From positions 203,442 through 267,441 of the forward strand of contig OX638322.1 in the NCBI GenBank assembly GCA_951812575.1: DNA of 64,000 nt. The letters are read 5' to 3'. The DNA is from Candidatus Binatia bacterium (lineage in GTDB: Bacteria > Desulfobacterota > Binatia > Bin18). The notes under the pieces are model-generated. The model had not been told where the DNA came from, did no database searches, and saw nothing but the letters and a program-made list of their open reading frames with translations. The position numbers were made by a program, and so were the translations under genes. Of this stretch, positions 1-10,636 are shown in pieces (within the stretch, counting starts at the first letter, position 1; every line of letters begins with the position of its first letter).

Positions 1-155
1 AGTAAAAGCGCCCACGCGATCAATGCTAGTGTTATGCGGCGCATATCATCCTCCCCGCACCCAGTTCTCTCTTCATAGCCGTGGCTCGCATTGGGCGCTT
101 CATGGTATTGGAGAATCGTTCATGGCTACATACCTGGCAAGGAGCGGAGGGAGTA

Positions 156-1445
156 ATGGATCAAGACCAGTTCAACCAGGCCCTGATCGAATTCTTAGCA
201 TCATCGCCAACTCCGTTCCACGCGGTCGCCCAGATGGCCGTGCGGTTGGCGGACGCGGGCTTTGAGCGCCTGGACGAATCCGAGGCATGGCAGCTCGCAC
301 CAGGGGGTCGCTATTGGCTCAGCCGCAACGACTCGGCCATTATTGCCTGGAGGATGCCGACGCGCCGTGCCTTGTCCGAGAGTGGCTTTCGCATGGTCGG
401 CGCCCACACGGATTCCCCAGGTCTGAAGGTCAAGCCCCAGCCCGAATTACATCGCCACGGCTATGTGCAACTCGGGGTCGAGGTGTATGGCGGCGCATTG
501 CTCAACCCCTGGTTCGATCGTGATTTATCGATTGCCGGGCGAGTCAGTTATCTGAGTCAGCGGAACGAGGTGGCCCACGCGCTGCTCGATTTCGCCCACG
601 CGATGGCCGTTATTCCCAGCCTGGCCATCCATCTCGACCGGGAGGCAAATAAGAGCCGCTCCATCAACGCCCAGACCTATCTGCCGCCCGTTGTCGGCCA
701 GACTGACGAAAAGCCGGATTTCAAAGCGCTCCTGCACAAACGGCTCGAAGCGGACGGCGTCACCGATGTGCGTCAGGTGCTGGACTACGAACTGTTTTTC
801 TATGACACCCAGCAGCCGCAGCTTGTCGGCCTGGCAAACGAGTTCATCACCTCGGCCCGCCTGGATAATTTATTGAGCTGTTTTGTCGGCCTTCAGGCCC
901 TCACGACGAGCGCTAGCGAACACGGCGCGCTGCTGGTGTGCAACGATCACGAAGAGGTTGGCAGCACGTCGGCGTCCGGTGCGTGTGGACCCATGCTGAA
1001 ACACATGCTGGAACGCGTCATGCCGGACGCGGAAGAACGCGGACGCGCCCTGGCCCGCTCCATGCTGATCTCGACCGATAATGCCCACGGCGTGCATCCG
1101 AACTTTTCCGACCGGCACGACGACAACCACGGCCCCCGCCTGAATCACGGCGTGGTCATCAAACTCAACGCCAACCAGCGCTATGCAAGTAACAGCGAGA
1201 CCAGCGCCATCCTGCACAAACTGGCCGCGGACGCGGACGTGCCGGTCCAGGCATTTGTCGTACGGAGCGATATGGCCTGCGGCAGCACTATCGGACCACT
1301 GACCGCGGCTGAGATTGGGGTACGCACCATAGATGTCGGCGTCCCGCAGTGGGCGATGCACTCCATCCGGGAAGTCGCGGGGACCGCCGACGCGTTGCAT
1401 CTGCACCGGATATTGCAGCGCTTCTTCGATACGGAGCGGGCCTGA
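156..1445 (+). CDS. apeB: M18 family (aspartyl) aminopeptidase
   Basis: Motifs SPTPFHAV, GAHTDSP, WFDRDL, SARLDN, DHEEVGS, CGSTIGP, MHSIRE; ATG at 156 after GGAGGGAG RBS. Confidence 0.9.
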   Translation: MDQDQFNQALIEFLASSPTPFHAVAQMAVRLADAGFERLDESEAWQLAPGGRYWLSRNDSAIIAWRMPTRRALSESGFRMVGAHTDSPGLKVKPQPELHRHGYVQLGVEVYGGALLNPWFDRDLSIAGRVSYLSQRNEVAHALLDFAHAMAVIPSLAIHLDREANKSRSINAQTYLPPVVGQTDEKPDFKALLHKRLEADGVTDVRQVLDYELFFYDTQQPQLVGLANEFITSARLDNLLSCFVGLQALTTSASEHGALLVCNDHEEVGSTSASGACGPMLKHMLERVMPDAEERGRALARSMLISTDNAHGVHPNFSDRHDDNHGPRLNHGVVIKLNANQRYASNSETSAILHKLAADADVPVQAFVVRSDMACGSTIGPLTAAEIGVRTIDVGVPQWAMHSIREVAGTADALHLHRILQRFFDTERA

Positions 1446-1463
1446 ACCTGGAGACATTTTTAC

Positions 1464-1493
1464 TTGACCATGTCCCCATGACCATAGTAATAT
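1464..1493 (+). promoter_or_regulatory. Putative sigma70 promoter/operator of the TA operon
   Basis: TTGACC-N18-TAATAT with two TGACCAT direct repeats, about 30 nt upstream of the antitoxin ATG. Confidence 0.3.
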
Positions 1494-1523
1494 TTTGAGT
1501 CTCGAAAAGAGGGTGGGGGAAAT

Positions 1524-1760
1524 ATGGCGGAAACAGAAAAAAACATCTCTGCCTCGTATTTCAAAGCACATTGTCTGGCGATTCTTGACGAGGTTGCGGA
1601 GACGGGCCTGCCGCTGATTGTGACCAAACGAGGGAAACCGCTCGCGAAACTTGTTCCGCTCGATTCCGTTGAGCCGCCAGACCTGCTTGGCAGTGTGCGC
1701 TATCGGCGCGAGGCAGACCTCCTCTCTCCGGTTGAAGAGTCCTGGGAAGTCGATTCGTGA
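1524..1760 (+). CDS. Phd/YefM family antitoxin
   Basis: ISASYFKAHCLAILDEV...IVTKRGKPLAKLVP; GTGA overlap with the PIN gene. Confidence 0.85.
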   Translation: MAETEKNISASYFKAHCLAILDEVAETGLPLIVTKRGKPLAKLVPLDSVEPPDLLGSVRYRREADLLSPVEESWEVDS

Positions 1761-2146
1761 TCGTCCTCGATACCCACGCCTGGATATGGTGGGTGAGCGA
1801 TCCGGCGAAACTGTCGCACAAAGCCCAGGCCGCTCTTCACTATACAACGACCATAGGCATCTGCCCGATTAGTTGCTGGGAGATTGCAACAAAAGTGGCA
1901 CAGGGCAAATTAACGCTTGACCGAGAAATCCGGGTCTGGATGCGACAAGCCTTGGCACGTCCAGGCGTTACGCTAATACCAATCTCTCCCGATATTGCCA
2001 TTACTGCTGGGCAACTGGGTCAACAGGGATTCCACGGGGACCCGGCTGATCGGCTCATTGTATCCAGCGCGATTCAGCACGGTGCTGAACTCATCACAAA
2101 GGACAGAAACATCCGAACGTTTCCGCTTGTCCGGACTGTCTGGTGA
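1757..2146 (+). CDS. vapC: PIN-domain VapC toxin
   Basis: IVLDTHAWIW, SCWEI, HGDPADRLIV, LITKD. Confidence 0.9.
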   Translation: MIVLDTHAWIWWVSDPAKLSHKAQAALHYTTTIGICPISCWEIATKVAQGKLTLDREIRVWMRQALARPGVTLIPISPDIAITAGQLGQQGFHGDPADRLIVSSAIQHGAELITKDRNIRTFPLVRTVW

Positions 2147-2178
2147 TCCCTCACAAACGGACTCGGGTCGCCACTCGT

Positions 2179-3672
2179 CTACCCCGTCAACTCGGGAACG
2201 TGGACGGACGGTGTGCGGTGCCGGGTGAGCTGTTCATACGCGTAGGCCAACGAAAGGAGCTCGGCTTCACGATACGGTAAGCCGACGATCTCCAGACCCA
2301 CGGGCAGACCGTTGGGTGTAAAGCCCGCCGGCACGCTCACGGCCGGCATCCAGGTCTGGGCGGCGATGAGCGTATTGGTCGGAAAGTCCAGCGTGGGCCA
2401 TTTGCCGGCGTCAAGCTCGGCCCGTGAGGGCGAGGGCACTTGCGCGGTGGGAAAGACGAGCGCCGTTGCCCCTGCCTTTGCCATTTCATTGATGACGACC
2501 CGCTGGAACTGTTCACGCGCGGTATAGCGTTGATAGTGCTCGGGGTCGGCGCTGGGGTCCTCGGGACCTTCGACCAGCGCGACCAGGAGATCCAGCTTGG
2601 GATGATATTTTTTCGCCCCGATGATTTCCTTGAGGTTTTTCATCGGCAAACCGGGACGCGCGGCCAGGAAGCGGTCGATATCGTAACGCGAACGGGCGAT
2701 ATAGAGCGAAGACCGTTCAATATAGTACTGGAGATCGGGCAGGGTGATATCAACCAGGGTCGCACCTGCCGAGGCGAACGTCGCCAGGGCGTCTTCGATC
2801 AGAGCGTTGACCGCGGCGGCCTGGGGGTCGGCGTTATCCCCAAAGACTTCCCGTACCACGCCGACCCGCACACCCGAGAGGGCTGTCCGGTCAAGCAGCG
2901 CCGCATACTTGATCTCGCCCGCGATAGCGGCGGTCGCGGTATAAGGGTCGGCCGGGTCAAACCCAACCAGCACCTCAAGCAGTTTGGCGGCATCCGTGAC
3001 CGTACGACACATGGGTCCGGCAGAGTCCTGAAAGACCACCAGCGGCGATAGGCCCGCCCGACTGATGAGGCCGGGCGTGACCTTGAGGCCGACCAGATTA
3101 TCGAACGAGGACGGCAAGCGAATCGAGCCGCCCGTGTCCGAACCCAGGCCAATAGCGCCCAGGTTGGCCGCTACCGCCGCACCGGTGCCACCACTGGAGC
3201 CGCCCGGATCGTGCCCCAGATCATACGGATTCCTGGTCGTTCCCGACTTGGACGAGTAGCCGAACCAGGAGGTAGCAAAGTCCGGCAGGGTGGTCTTGGC
3301 CAGAATAATCGCGCCCGCCGCCCGGAGCTTGGTAATGGCCGTGGCATCCGTCTCGGGCAGATAGCCGTCCAGGGCAATCGAGCCGAAGGTGGTCATAAGC
3401 CCGGCCGTTTCAACCTGGTCCTTGACCACAATGGGAACGCCGTGGAGTGGCCCGGACAATCGGCCGGAGGCGGCGAACTCGGCGTCGAGCCGGGCGGCCT
3501 CGTCCCGAGCCTGCGGATTGACGGTCACGATCGCGTTGATCGTCGGACCGTTCCGATCGTAGGCCTCAATCCGGGCCAGATAGCCCTCCACGAGGTCCAC
3601 GCAGGTGACTTCGCCCGCACGCAGAGCGGTATGAATCTTTGCAATGGTCGTTTCTTCCAGCGTGAACGCCAT
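2179..3672 (-). CDS. Amidase signature family protein
   Basis: GVPIVVKD, PGGSSGG, GSDTGGSIRLPS. Confidence 0.9.
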   Translation of the reverse strand: MAFTLEETTIAKIHTALRAGEVTCVDLVEGYLARIEAYDRNGPTINAIVTVNPQARDEAARLDAEFAASGRLSGPLHGVPIVVKDQVETAGLMTTFGSIALDGYLPETDATAITKLRAAGAIILAKTTLPDFATSWFGYSSKSGTTRNPYDLGHDPGGSSGGTGAAVAANLGAIGLGSDTGGSIRLPSSFDNLVGLKVTPGLISRAGLSPLVVFQDSAGPMCRTVTDAAKLLEVLVGFDPADPYTATAAIAGEIKYAALLDRTALSGVRVGVVREVFGDNADPQAAAVNALIEDALATFASAGATLVDITLPDLQYYIERSSLYIARSRYDIDRFLAARPGLPMKNLKEIIGAKKYHPKLDLLVALVEGPEDPSADPEHYQRYTAREQFQRVVINEMAKAGATALVFPTAQVPSPSRAELDAGKWPTLDFPTNTLIAAQTWMPAVSVPAGFTPNGLPVGLEIVGLPYREAELLSLAYAYEQLTRHRTPSVHVPELTG

Positions 3673-3694
3673 GGTCTTCCTCTCCTCCATCTCT

Positions 3695-3735
3695 CCCCTC
3701 CTTGGAGGGGTGGCCCGTCAGGGCCGGGGTGGGTT
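3695..3735. repeat. REP-like palindrome, CCCCTCC..GGAGGGG type (second copy at 45432-45469)
   Basis: CCCCTCCTTGGAGGGGTGGCCCGTCAGGGCCGGGGTGGGTT, near-identical to 45432-45469. Confidence 0.7.
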
Positions 3736-3821
3736 TCAGTCCGCCGGTCTTTTTGCGCCATAGCACGTGTACGGTCCGGTGAGTAGGGGCAGATTTTCAA
3801 CCCACCCTCCCATAGCGGCCG

Positions 3822-4964
3822 TCACCCCAGCTTGGGCTTGGTGACCTTCACCGCGGCCCACAACGCGACCAGGAAAAAGATCGTCAGAAAAACGAAATCC
3901 TGCGCGACGGCGGCAAAGTCGGCGCCTTTCAGAATAATGGAGCGTAGAGCATGGGCGAAATAGCGGGCGGGCAGGCAGTGGGACAGGAAGCTGACGAAGG
4001 GGGGATAATTTTCGGTCGGGACAAGAATGCCGGTGATAATCACCGAAGGAAGCATCACAAAGAAGCTCAGAAAAATCGCCTGCTGCTGATTATCCGCCCA
4101 CGCCGAGCAAAAAATGCCAAAGGCGAGCGTCGCCAGCATAAACACCAACGCAACGGCAAACAGCAACAGCAGGCTGCCCTGCACGCTAATACCGAAGCTG
4201 AGATAGCTGCCGGTCAGCATAATACACAAGCCGAGATAGCCCACACCCACATACGGCACCATCTTGCCGACCATGATCTCGGTGAGCGACAGCGGCGTAG
4301 ACAAAAGCTGTTCAAAGGTGCCGCGTTCGCGTTCGCGGACAAGCGAAATCGCCGCGATCATAAAGAGAATCTGAGTCAGCATATTAGCCGGCATAGCGGA
4401 CAAGAGCCCGTAGCGATCCTGAATCCCGGGGTTATACCAGTAGCGTTTTTCTATGGAGATGGCGGCGTTCGTCACGCGCCGTTCGGCGCGATCACGGCTG
4501 GGGAGCTGGCTGAGAGAAAACGCGCTGGCCGCCTGGTTGATATAATTTGTCAGTCGCAGGGCGCTGGTGGGCTTGGCACCATTAATCAGGACCTGGATGG
4601 GAGCGGGCTCACCACGCTGGAGTTTGTCGTCGAAGTTCCAGGGAACCACAACGCCGACCATACCGTCCTGACGACGCAGAAAGTCTACGACCGCGTCCTC
4701 GCTTGAGGCGCGCGCCGGTGGCTGGAGAGCCGTCATGGAAGACAAGTCACGAATGAGCCGACGCGAGATGGCTGACTGCGACTGGTCGTACACGATCCAA
4801 GGCGCATAATTGACGTCGTTGGTAATCGCCAAACCAAACAGGATGAGATACAGCACCGGCTGGGCCAGAATGGCGGCCAGCAAGGCATGATCGTGCAACA
4901 TGGTCCGTCCCTCTTTGCGAACCATGGCCAAGACATTGCGAAGACGGAAACGCATGCTCCTCAA
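3822..4964 (-). CDS. ABC-2 transporter permease (YbhR/YbhS-like)
   Basis: WYNP, SLVRERERGTFEQLLSTP, multiple hydrophobic segments. Confidence 0.85.
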   Translation of the reverse strand: MRSMRFRLRNVLAMVRKEGRTMLHDHALLAAILAQPVLYLILFGLAITNDVNYAPWIVYDQSQSAISRRLIRDLSSMTALQPPARASSEDAVVDFLRRQDGMVGVVVPWNFDDKLQRGEPAPIQVLINGAKPTSALRLTNYINQAASAFSLSQLPSRDRAERRVTNAAISIEKRYWYNPGIQDRYGLLSAMPANMLTQILFMIAAISLVRERERGTFEQLLSTPLSLTEIMVGKMVPYVGVGYLGLCIMLTGSYLSFGISVQGSLLLLFAVALVFMLATLAFGIFCSAWADNQQQAIFLSFFVMLPSVIITGILVPTENYPPFVSFLSHCLPARYFAHALRSIILKGADFAAVAQDFVFLTIFFLVALWAAVKVTKPKLG

Positions 4965-4967
4965 TCC

Positions 4968-6116
4968 TTATGACGCCTGCTTCTGAATCCCCTTGGCCGC
5001 GCGGACGAGTAGTAACACCAGAAAGCCGACCAAAAAGGCGATTTCGATCCAGAGTTCATCCAGCCCCTGGTCCTTAAGATAAATCCCCCGCGTAATCCGT
5101 ATATAGTGCGTCAGGGGGATGATCTCCCCAATGATTTGGAAGGGCGTCGCCATGAGCGACAGCGGAAAAATGGCGTCCGAGAGCATCAGTTGAGGCACCA
5201 TGGTTAAGACCGAGCGTTCGACCGCTTCCCCGGACGAGGTGGCCGAATTTGAGATGAGCAGGCCGATGGACAGGCCGATCAGCAAAAAGATGGGCGTGAC
5301 CGCGAGGAGCAGAAGCAGGCTCCCCTTGGGAATAACGCCAAAGAACAGCCAACCCACCACCACGATAAGTATCGCCGCCACCAGGGCGACCCCCCCAAAA
5401 GGCAGAATCTTCCCAAACACCACCTCGGTTGAGGTCACCGGTGTCACCAGGAGTTGTTCGAGCGTGCCGGCGTCCCGCTCACGGACCATGGCCAAGGTGG
5501 TATTCAGCACCGTCACAAAAAGGGTGATCAAACCCAGCAGGCCGGGGATCATATAGGCCGTTCCCGACAGGCTCGGATTAAACAGCACCCGCCGGGTCGT
5601 CGTCACCTGTCCGACCGGTCGTAGATTCCGTTCCGTGAGTGGGGTGCGCTCCAGACGGCTCTGGGTGTAGTAGGTCGTCGCAATAGCCGTCAGAAACCCT
5701 TCGGTGCTGGTACTGAGGGTCGTGTCTGAGCCGTCCAGCAAGAGCCCCAGTCGGACCTCTTTCCCGTTGACAATGGTCTCGCTGAAGTTCGACGGGATGA
5801 CCAAAGCGGCCCGGCTCTGTTCCCGGCCGAACATGTGATGGATTTCGTCCAGATCACGCAGCGGCAAAATGGTGAAATATCCGGTGGCTTCGATTGCTTG
5901 CAGCAAATCTCGGCTGTGGCGGGTACGCGACTGATCCAGGACTCCCAGGGGCAGATGATCGAAGTCGGTAGTAATGATGTAGGAGAACAACACCAGTTGC
6001 AGAACCGGCATCAGAAACAAGACGCCCAGCGTAAAACGGTCACGGCGCAGCTCAAGCGACTCGCGCCACAGCAGGGTCAGCAGGCGTGCCAGCTTGGTCC
6101 GTAAACGGCGCATCAA
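4968..6116 (-). CDS. ABC-2 transporter permease (YbhR/YbhS-like)
   Basis: LFNP, MVRERDAGTLEQLLVTP, hydrophobic segments. Confidence 0.85.
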   Translation of the reverse strand: MMRRLRTKLARLLTLLWRESLELRRDRFTLGVLFLMPVLQLVLFSYIITTDFDHLPLGVLDQSRTRHSRDLLQAIEATGYFTILPLRDLDEIHHMFGREQSRAALVIPSNFSETIVNGKEVRLGLLLDGSDTTLSTSTEGFLTAIATTYYTQSRLERTPLTERNLRPVGQVTTTRRVLFNPSLSGTAYMIPGLLGLITLFVTVLNTTLAMVRERDAGTLEQLLVTPVTSTEVVFGKILPFGGVALVAAILIVVVGWLFFGVIPKGSLLLLLAVTPIFLLIGLSIGLLISNSATSSGEAVERSVLTMVPQLMLSDAIFPLSLMATPFQIIGEIIPLTHYIRITRGIYLKDQGLDELWIEIAFLVGFLVLLLVRAAKGIQKQAS

Positions 6117-7105
6117 GGCGCCTCCTGGCGTTGGCGAATCATACCGGCAAAGACCTCTTCAATGGAGGGCAGGGCCGGGGTGAACCCCAGTGCGGGATCG
6201 ATAGTGGTCAACGTGTGACGGAGCTGCTGAACCGTGTGCGCCTCGTCATCCGGCAAGAGGAGAAAGGCGGTATGCTCTCCTGCTTTAGATTGTGCCTCAG
6301 GACGCCAGAGACGATAGGTTTCGGACAAGCGTTGCGCCGCATTGTGCGCGATTGTTTGATCCGTATGGACCAGGCGGACCCGATAGCCATCGGCGAAATG
6401 GATCTTGAGGCCGGTCGGGGTATCCAGACCGATCAACTGGCCGCGATCAATAAAGCCCATCCGGTCGGTGTACTCCATCTCGTCCAAGTAATGGGTGGTG
6501 ACAAAGAGCGTCCTGCCCTCCTGGGCCAGCTCGCGGATTAAGCGCCAGAAGACCTGGCGATTGACAACGTCCACCCCGGCCGTGGGCTCGTCCAGAAAGA
6601 TGATGTCCGGGTCGTGCAGCAGAGAGCAGACCAGGGCGACCCGATGCTTGATACCGCTCGGCAGCGAATGCACGAAAGACCGGTCGAGTCCCTCAAGGCC
6701 CAGCCGAGGATAGAAGTGCTGTTTCTGGTGTTCGACCTTTTGATTCGGCACACCGTACAGGCCGGAAAAAAACCTGAGGTTTTCGGCCACGGTGAGATTG
6801 GCATAGAGGGAAACCTTCTGGGACATATAGCCAATGCGCGCGCGCACCTCTTCGGCATGGGTCTGAATATCTATGCCGGCAACACGGGCGGTCCCCTCGG
6901 TTGGGGCTAATAAGCCGCAGAACATCCGAATCGTGGTGGACTTGCCGCCGCCATTGGAGCCCAGGAACCCGAAAACCTCACCTCGCCGCACCTGAAAGCT
7001 GACGTGATCAACCGCCGTAAAATCGCCAAAGCGCCGCGTCAGACCGTCAGCGATAAGAACCGCTTGTGCGCTATCGGCCACCTTCGTCATGGGCCTGGGC
7101 CTCAT
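6113..7105 (-). CDS. ABC transporter ATP-binding protein
   Basis: Walker A GSNGGGKS, FLDEPTAGVD, H-loop TTHYLDE. Confidence 0.9.
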   Translation of the reverse strand: MRPRPMTKVADSAQAVLIADGLTRRFGDFTAVDHVSFQVRRGEVFGFLGSNGGGKSTTIRMFCGLLAPTEGTARVAGIDIQTHAEEVRARIGYMSQKVSLYANLTVAENLRFFSGLYGVPNQKVEHQKQHFYPRLGLEGLDRSFVHSLPSGIKHRVALVCSLLHDPDIIFLDEPTAGVDVVNRQVFWRLIRELAQEGRTLFVTTHYLDEMEYTDRMGFIDRGQLIGLDTPTGLKIHFADGYRVRLVHTDQTIAHNAAQRLSETYRLWRPEAQSKAGEHTAFLLLPDDEAHTVQQLRHTLTTIDPALGFTPALPSIEEVFAGMIRQRQEAP

Positions 7106-8012
7106 AGGTCAGATGCGTAAAGACTAACTCCAGGGTCGGCGGCAGCGGCTCTACCCACACCTCCGTCGTGCCCAGCTCGTGCAGCGTGGCGCGGACCTGG
7201 GCAATCTCGGCCGTTGACTCCAGCACGACACTGCCGGCCAGCGTCTGCGTTCGGACGAGCCACGCCACAGACTGGAGGGCGGCGAGCGCCGCCTCTACGT
7301 TCCCACCGACCAGACGGTAGGCGTGATACGGGTAGTTCGACCGAATGGCATCCGGCGTGCCACGGGTGCGGATGCGGCCCTCATACAGATAGATCAGCTC
7401 ATCACACCGCTCGGCCTCATCGAGATAGCCGGTTGACATGATAATGGTCACGTCCTGCAAATGGTGCAGGATCTCCCACACCTCACCCCGGGCAATAACA
7501 TCCACGCCGGTATTCGGCTCGTCTAAAACCAGGAGTTGCGGGCGGTGGATCAGCGCACAGATCACCGCGAGCTTCTGTTTCATCCCGCCCGACAAGTCAC
7601 CCACCGCGCGGGTGTGAAAATCCTTGAGCCCGGCAATGGTCAACAACTCGTCTGCACGCTGCTGAAACGTGGTAGCCGCAATAGCGTGAATATCGGCAAA
7701 GAATTTGAGGTTATGCAGCACACTGAGTTCAGGGTAGAGCCCAAACGCCTGCGGCACATAGCCGAGACGTTCTCGGATGCGGTACGGTTCGCGCACGACA
7801 TCGTAGCCCAGGACGTGGGCCTGGGCGGCTTCAAACTCCAGCAGCCCAACCAGAGACCGCAACAGGGTGGTCTTGCCCGCGCCATCCGGGCCGACCACAC
7901 CGAAGATGCACGGCCGCTCAATGACGAGATCAATCCCATCCAAAGCGACGCTGGAATCGAACTGCTTATGGAGCTGCGTCAGGCTGACAACCGGTGTCTG
8001 TGGTGCTGTCAT
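7071..8012 (-). CDS. ABC transporter ATP-binding protein
   Basis: GPDGAGKT, LSGGMKQK, LDEP. Confidence 0.9.
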   Translation of the reverse strand: MTAPQTPVVSLTQLHKQFDSSVALDGIDLVIERPCIFGVVGPDGAGKTTLLRSLVGLLEFEAAQAHVLGYDVVREPYRIRERLGYVPQAFGLYPELSVLHNLKFFADIHAIAATTFQQRADELLTIAGLKDFHTRAVGDLSGGMKQKLAVICALIHRPQLLVLDEPNTGVDVIARGEVWEILHHLQDVTIIMSTGYLDEAERCDELIYLYEGRIRTRGTPDAIRSNYPYHAYRLVGGNVEAALAALQSVAWLVRTQTLAGSVVLESTAEIAQVRATLHELGTTEVWVEPLPPTLELVFTHLTYEAQAHDEGGR

Positions 8013-9070
8013 GGCGAGGCCTGCGCCTCTTGGAGACGCTCTGCCGGCTGCTCGGTCTGACGCGCGCCGTTCAAGTACACGGTGCCTTCCATGCCCGGTT
8101 TCAGGCGTTCGAGCTGGTCTAAAATACGCACCTTGGTCGCGAACACCTGGGTCATCCGGTCACTCTTGATTTCAATATTTTTGGGCGTGAACTGGGCGAT
8201 ATCTTCGATAAAGCTGATCTCACCAGGAATCAACACACCAGGCAGGGCGTCGGGTTCGACGCTGACCGTGTCACCAATATGGACTTTGCCCAGGTCGGGC
8301 ACGGGGACGTAGACGCGCACATATTTATCGAGCGGGTCAAGCAGGGTTGCAATACCTGTGCCCGGATTGACGTACTCACCGGCGCGGATCAAACGAGTCT
8401 GCACCGTACAGGCGCACGGAGCGCGAATCGTATATTTGTCCAGGATGATACGCATTTGCTCAAGCTTTTCGGTATCCACGGCCAGTTCCTGTTTTTGAAC
8501 TTCGAGCGCATTTTCGGCCAGTTCTATTTGACGCAGATTCGCTTCCGCATGCGCCAGGGCCGCGCGCTCACGCGTCAGCACGGCCTGGGCCGTCTCCAGT
8601 TGATTTTCGGCCTGGTCGTAGGACTGCTGACTCAGATATTCCGTATCGAGCAAATCCTGCCGCCGCGTCAATTCTTTTTCGGCAAAGGTAACGTCCGAGC
8701 TTGCCTTTGCAATATTGGCTTTCGCCGTCCGAAGCTGGATCGGATAGGTATCCCGGGCGAGGGCGAGTTGGGTCTCCAATTGGCGGATTTTCGCTTGACG
8801 GAGTTCCAGGCTGAGTTCCTGTTGGATCACCTGCGAGCGATATTCCCGAACGTCTATCTGAGCCAGCAGGTCGCCCTGTTGCACCTGACTGCCATCGGTA
8901 AACGCAACCGTCTCAACCCGGCCGCTAATCTCACTCTTGATGACTTTCTCCTCGCCCTCAACGAAACCAGTGAACGAGAGCTGCTCGCTCTTCTCGGCTC
9001 TCGTGTACAGGAACAGACCGGCCCCAAGAGCGATCAGGCCGAACAGAACAAATGGGAGGCGCTTCTTCAT
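8009..9070 (-). CDS. HlyD-family membrane fusion protein (YbhG-like)
   Basis: N-terminal TM, lipoyl-like motifs, coiled coil, AQFTPKNIE. Confidence 0.85.
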   Translation of the reverse strand: MKKRLPFVLFGLIALGAGLFLYTRAEKSEQLSFTGFVEGEEKVIKSEISGRVETVAFTDGSQVQQGDLLAQIDVREYRSQVIQQELSLELRQAKIRQLETQLALARDTYPIQLRTAKANIAKASSDVTFAEKELTRRQDLLDTEYLSQQSYDQAENQLETAQAVLTRERAALAHAEANLRQIELAENALEVQKQELAVDTEKLEQMRIILDKYTIRAPCACTVQTRLIRAGEYVNPGTGIATLLDPLDKYVRVYVPVPDLGKVHIGDTVSVEPDALPGVLIPGEISFIEDIAQFTPKNIEIKSDRMTQVFATKVRILDQLERLKPGMEGTVYLNGARQTEQPAERLQEAQASP

Positions 9071-9188
9071 CTGATATGCAAGCCTAAGCGACTTGCTGAG
9101 TTACGGCAATAGGACGGACTGGGGGATGGAGAAGGACCTGTATAACCGATGGTGAAGCGCAGTTGAGTGCCGGGCCAGAAGTGTACCG

Positions 9189-9572
9189 TTATGGGAGCCG
9201 TTCCGTTCCCTCCAGGCGGCTGAGATCACGGTCAAAGGTACCGAGGGGGAGATGCCCAGCTTTACGGGCGACTTCCAGGATCAGGCAGTCAGAGAAACCG
9301 GGCTTGGGCTTTTGTCGGTAATGTTCAAGGGCAGCGCTTACGGTTTCAGCATTTTGGATTGTGAGACGTTCGTGTTGCAGAAGCATTTCGACCGCCATCA
9401 CAAGCTCGCGATGATCCAGACCGTAGACCGTAGAGAGGACCCAAACAGCCTCGATCAAAACAAGGTGAGAAATCCATGCGCCTCTCGCAACAAACGCCTC
9501 AGCAGCAAGGGCTTGTTTTGGCTCGTCGCGGGTGACGAGCCGGACTAGGAGGTTGGTATCAACCGCGCGCAT
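9189..9572 (-). CDS. vapC: PIN-domain VapC toxin
   Basis: AVDTNLLVR, FSDCLI, TFD. Confidence 0.85.
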   Translation of the reverse strand: MRAVDTNLLVRLVTRDEPKQALAAEAFVARGAWISHLVLIEAVWVLSTVYGLDHRELVMAVEMLLQHERLTIQNAETVSAALEHYRQKPKPGFSDCLILEVARKAGHLPLGTFDRDLSRLEGTERLP

Positions 9573-9822
9573 ACCGGTCTCTGATGTGTTGTTTTATGCC
9601 TTCTTTCATCTCTGTCATTGTTCGTCTCTTCGGACGACCTTGAGGAAACAAGGCACGATGAATATCTTCAGAGGTAAACCGTCCAGCCCTTCGGACGACG
9701 ATCTGTTCCCCGACTTGGTCCCATTCGAGTACAGCTCCGGGCCCTATCCCGAGTCGGCGTCGTATCTCAGCCGGGATGGAAATCTGCCCCTGTGTCGTAA
9801 GGCGTGATTGTGCAATGGCCAT
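9559..9822 (-). CDS. AbrB/MazE/SpoVT family antitoxin
   Basis: SRLTTQGQISIPAEIRRRLGI; overlaps vapC; ATTAC-TCTG-GTAAT palindrome at 9831-9844 upstream. Confidence 0.85.
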   Translation of the reverse strand: MAIAQSRLTTQGQISIPAEIRRRLGIGPGAVLEWDQVGEQIVVRRAGRFTSEDIHRALFPQGRPKRRTMTEMKEGIKQHIRDRYARG

Positions 9823-9930
9823 ACCAGAATATTACTCTGGTAATGCATTGAGGGCAATGAGGCGGATAGCCGAGCCGGGCACGTCATCCGTAAAGGACGG
9901 TAGGACGGAAGGGTATCTCTGTCAGACCCG

Positions 9931-10479
9931 CTACGGTTTCTCCCCTGTTCCGTCGATCAGCACAAAGGCAATCCGACACGGCCGGTCCGAGCGGTTACTC
10001 CAGGCATGATTGGTGCCGCGCTGGATAATGACATCGCCGGCGGTGACCAGCACCTCCGAGTCGTCAAGGACCATATAGCATTCACCCGAAAGTACGATTG
10101 CGTAATCAATGGTTTCGGTCTTGTGCATCAGCGGATGCCGTGGCTGCTCGGAGTCGTCCAGGGCCTGCTCCGCCCCAAATGAGGCAAAGCTCTCCCGCGC
10201 GGCCTTGCGATCTAGCTGATCGATCCAATCCTTTTCCGGCGAAAACTCGACAATCCGAAAGACCGTGCCCTGCGCGGGAGGAATCAGGGCGACCGGCCCC
10301 TGTGTCCGGTCGGTTGCGTCGGCCAGGCTCGCGGGTGTCTCGGTTGTGATCCACAGATTGGTGACCTCAACCCCCGGTCTGTTCTTTGGGTGGAATACTG
10401 ACGCAGGGGTATCGTGGAGGACTATTGCCCGCCCGTGTGTGTCGCGTCCGGTCACGATGCGTCGCGTGCTGTTCGGCAT
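9931..10479 (-). CDS. Cupin domain protein
   Basis: RRIVTG, MHKTETIDY, QRGTNHAW. Confidence 0.85.
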   Translation of the reverse strand: MPNSTRRIVTGRDTHGRAIVLHDTPASVFHPKNRPGVEVTNLWITTETPASLADATDRTQGPVALIPPAQGTVFRIVEFSPEKDWIDQLDRKAARESFASFGAEQALDDSEQPRHPLMHKTETIDYAIVLSGECYMVLDDSEVLVTAGDVIIQRGTNHAWSNRSDRPCRIAFVLIDGTGEKP

Positions 10480-10636
10480 GGTGGCTGCCTCCTGTAATTC
10501 GAGCGCGACTGATCCTCTGCCCGCATAAGACAGCGAGAATTTCCTCTACGCTCTTTTCTTTGAAATGAGAGTTGGTATAGCCTGCATCTGCCTCGATAGC
10601 GTATTCCCTCAATATGACTCCGGCGGAGGAAGAGCA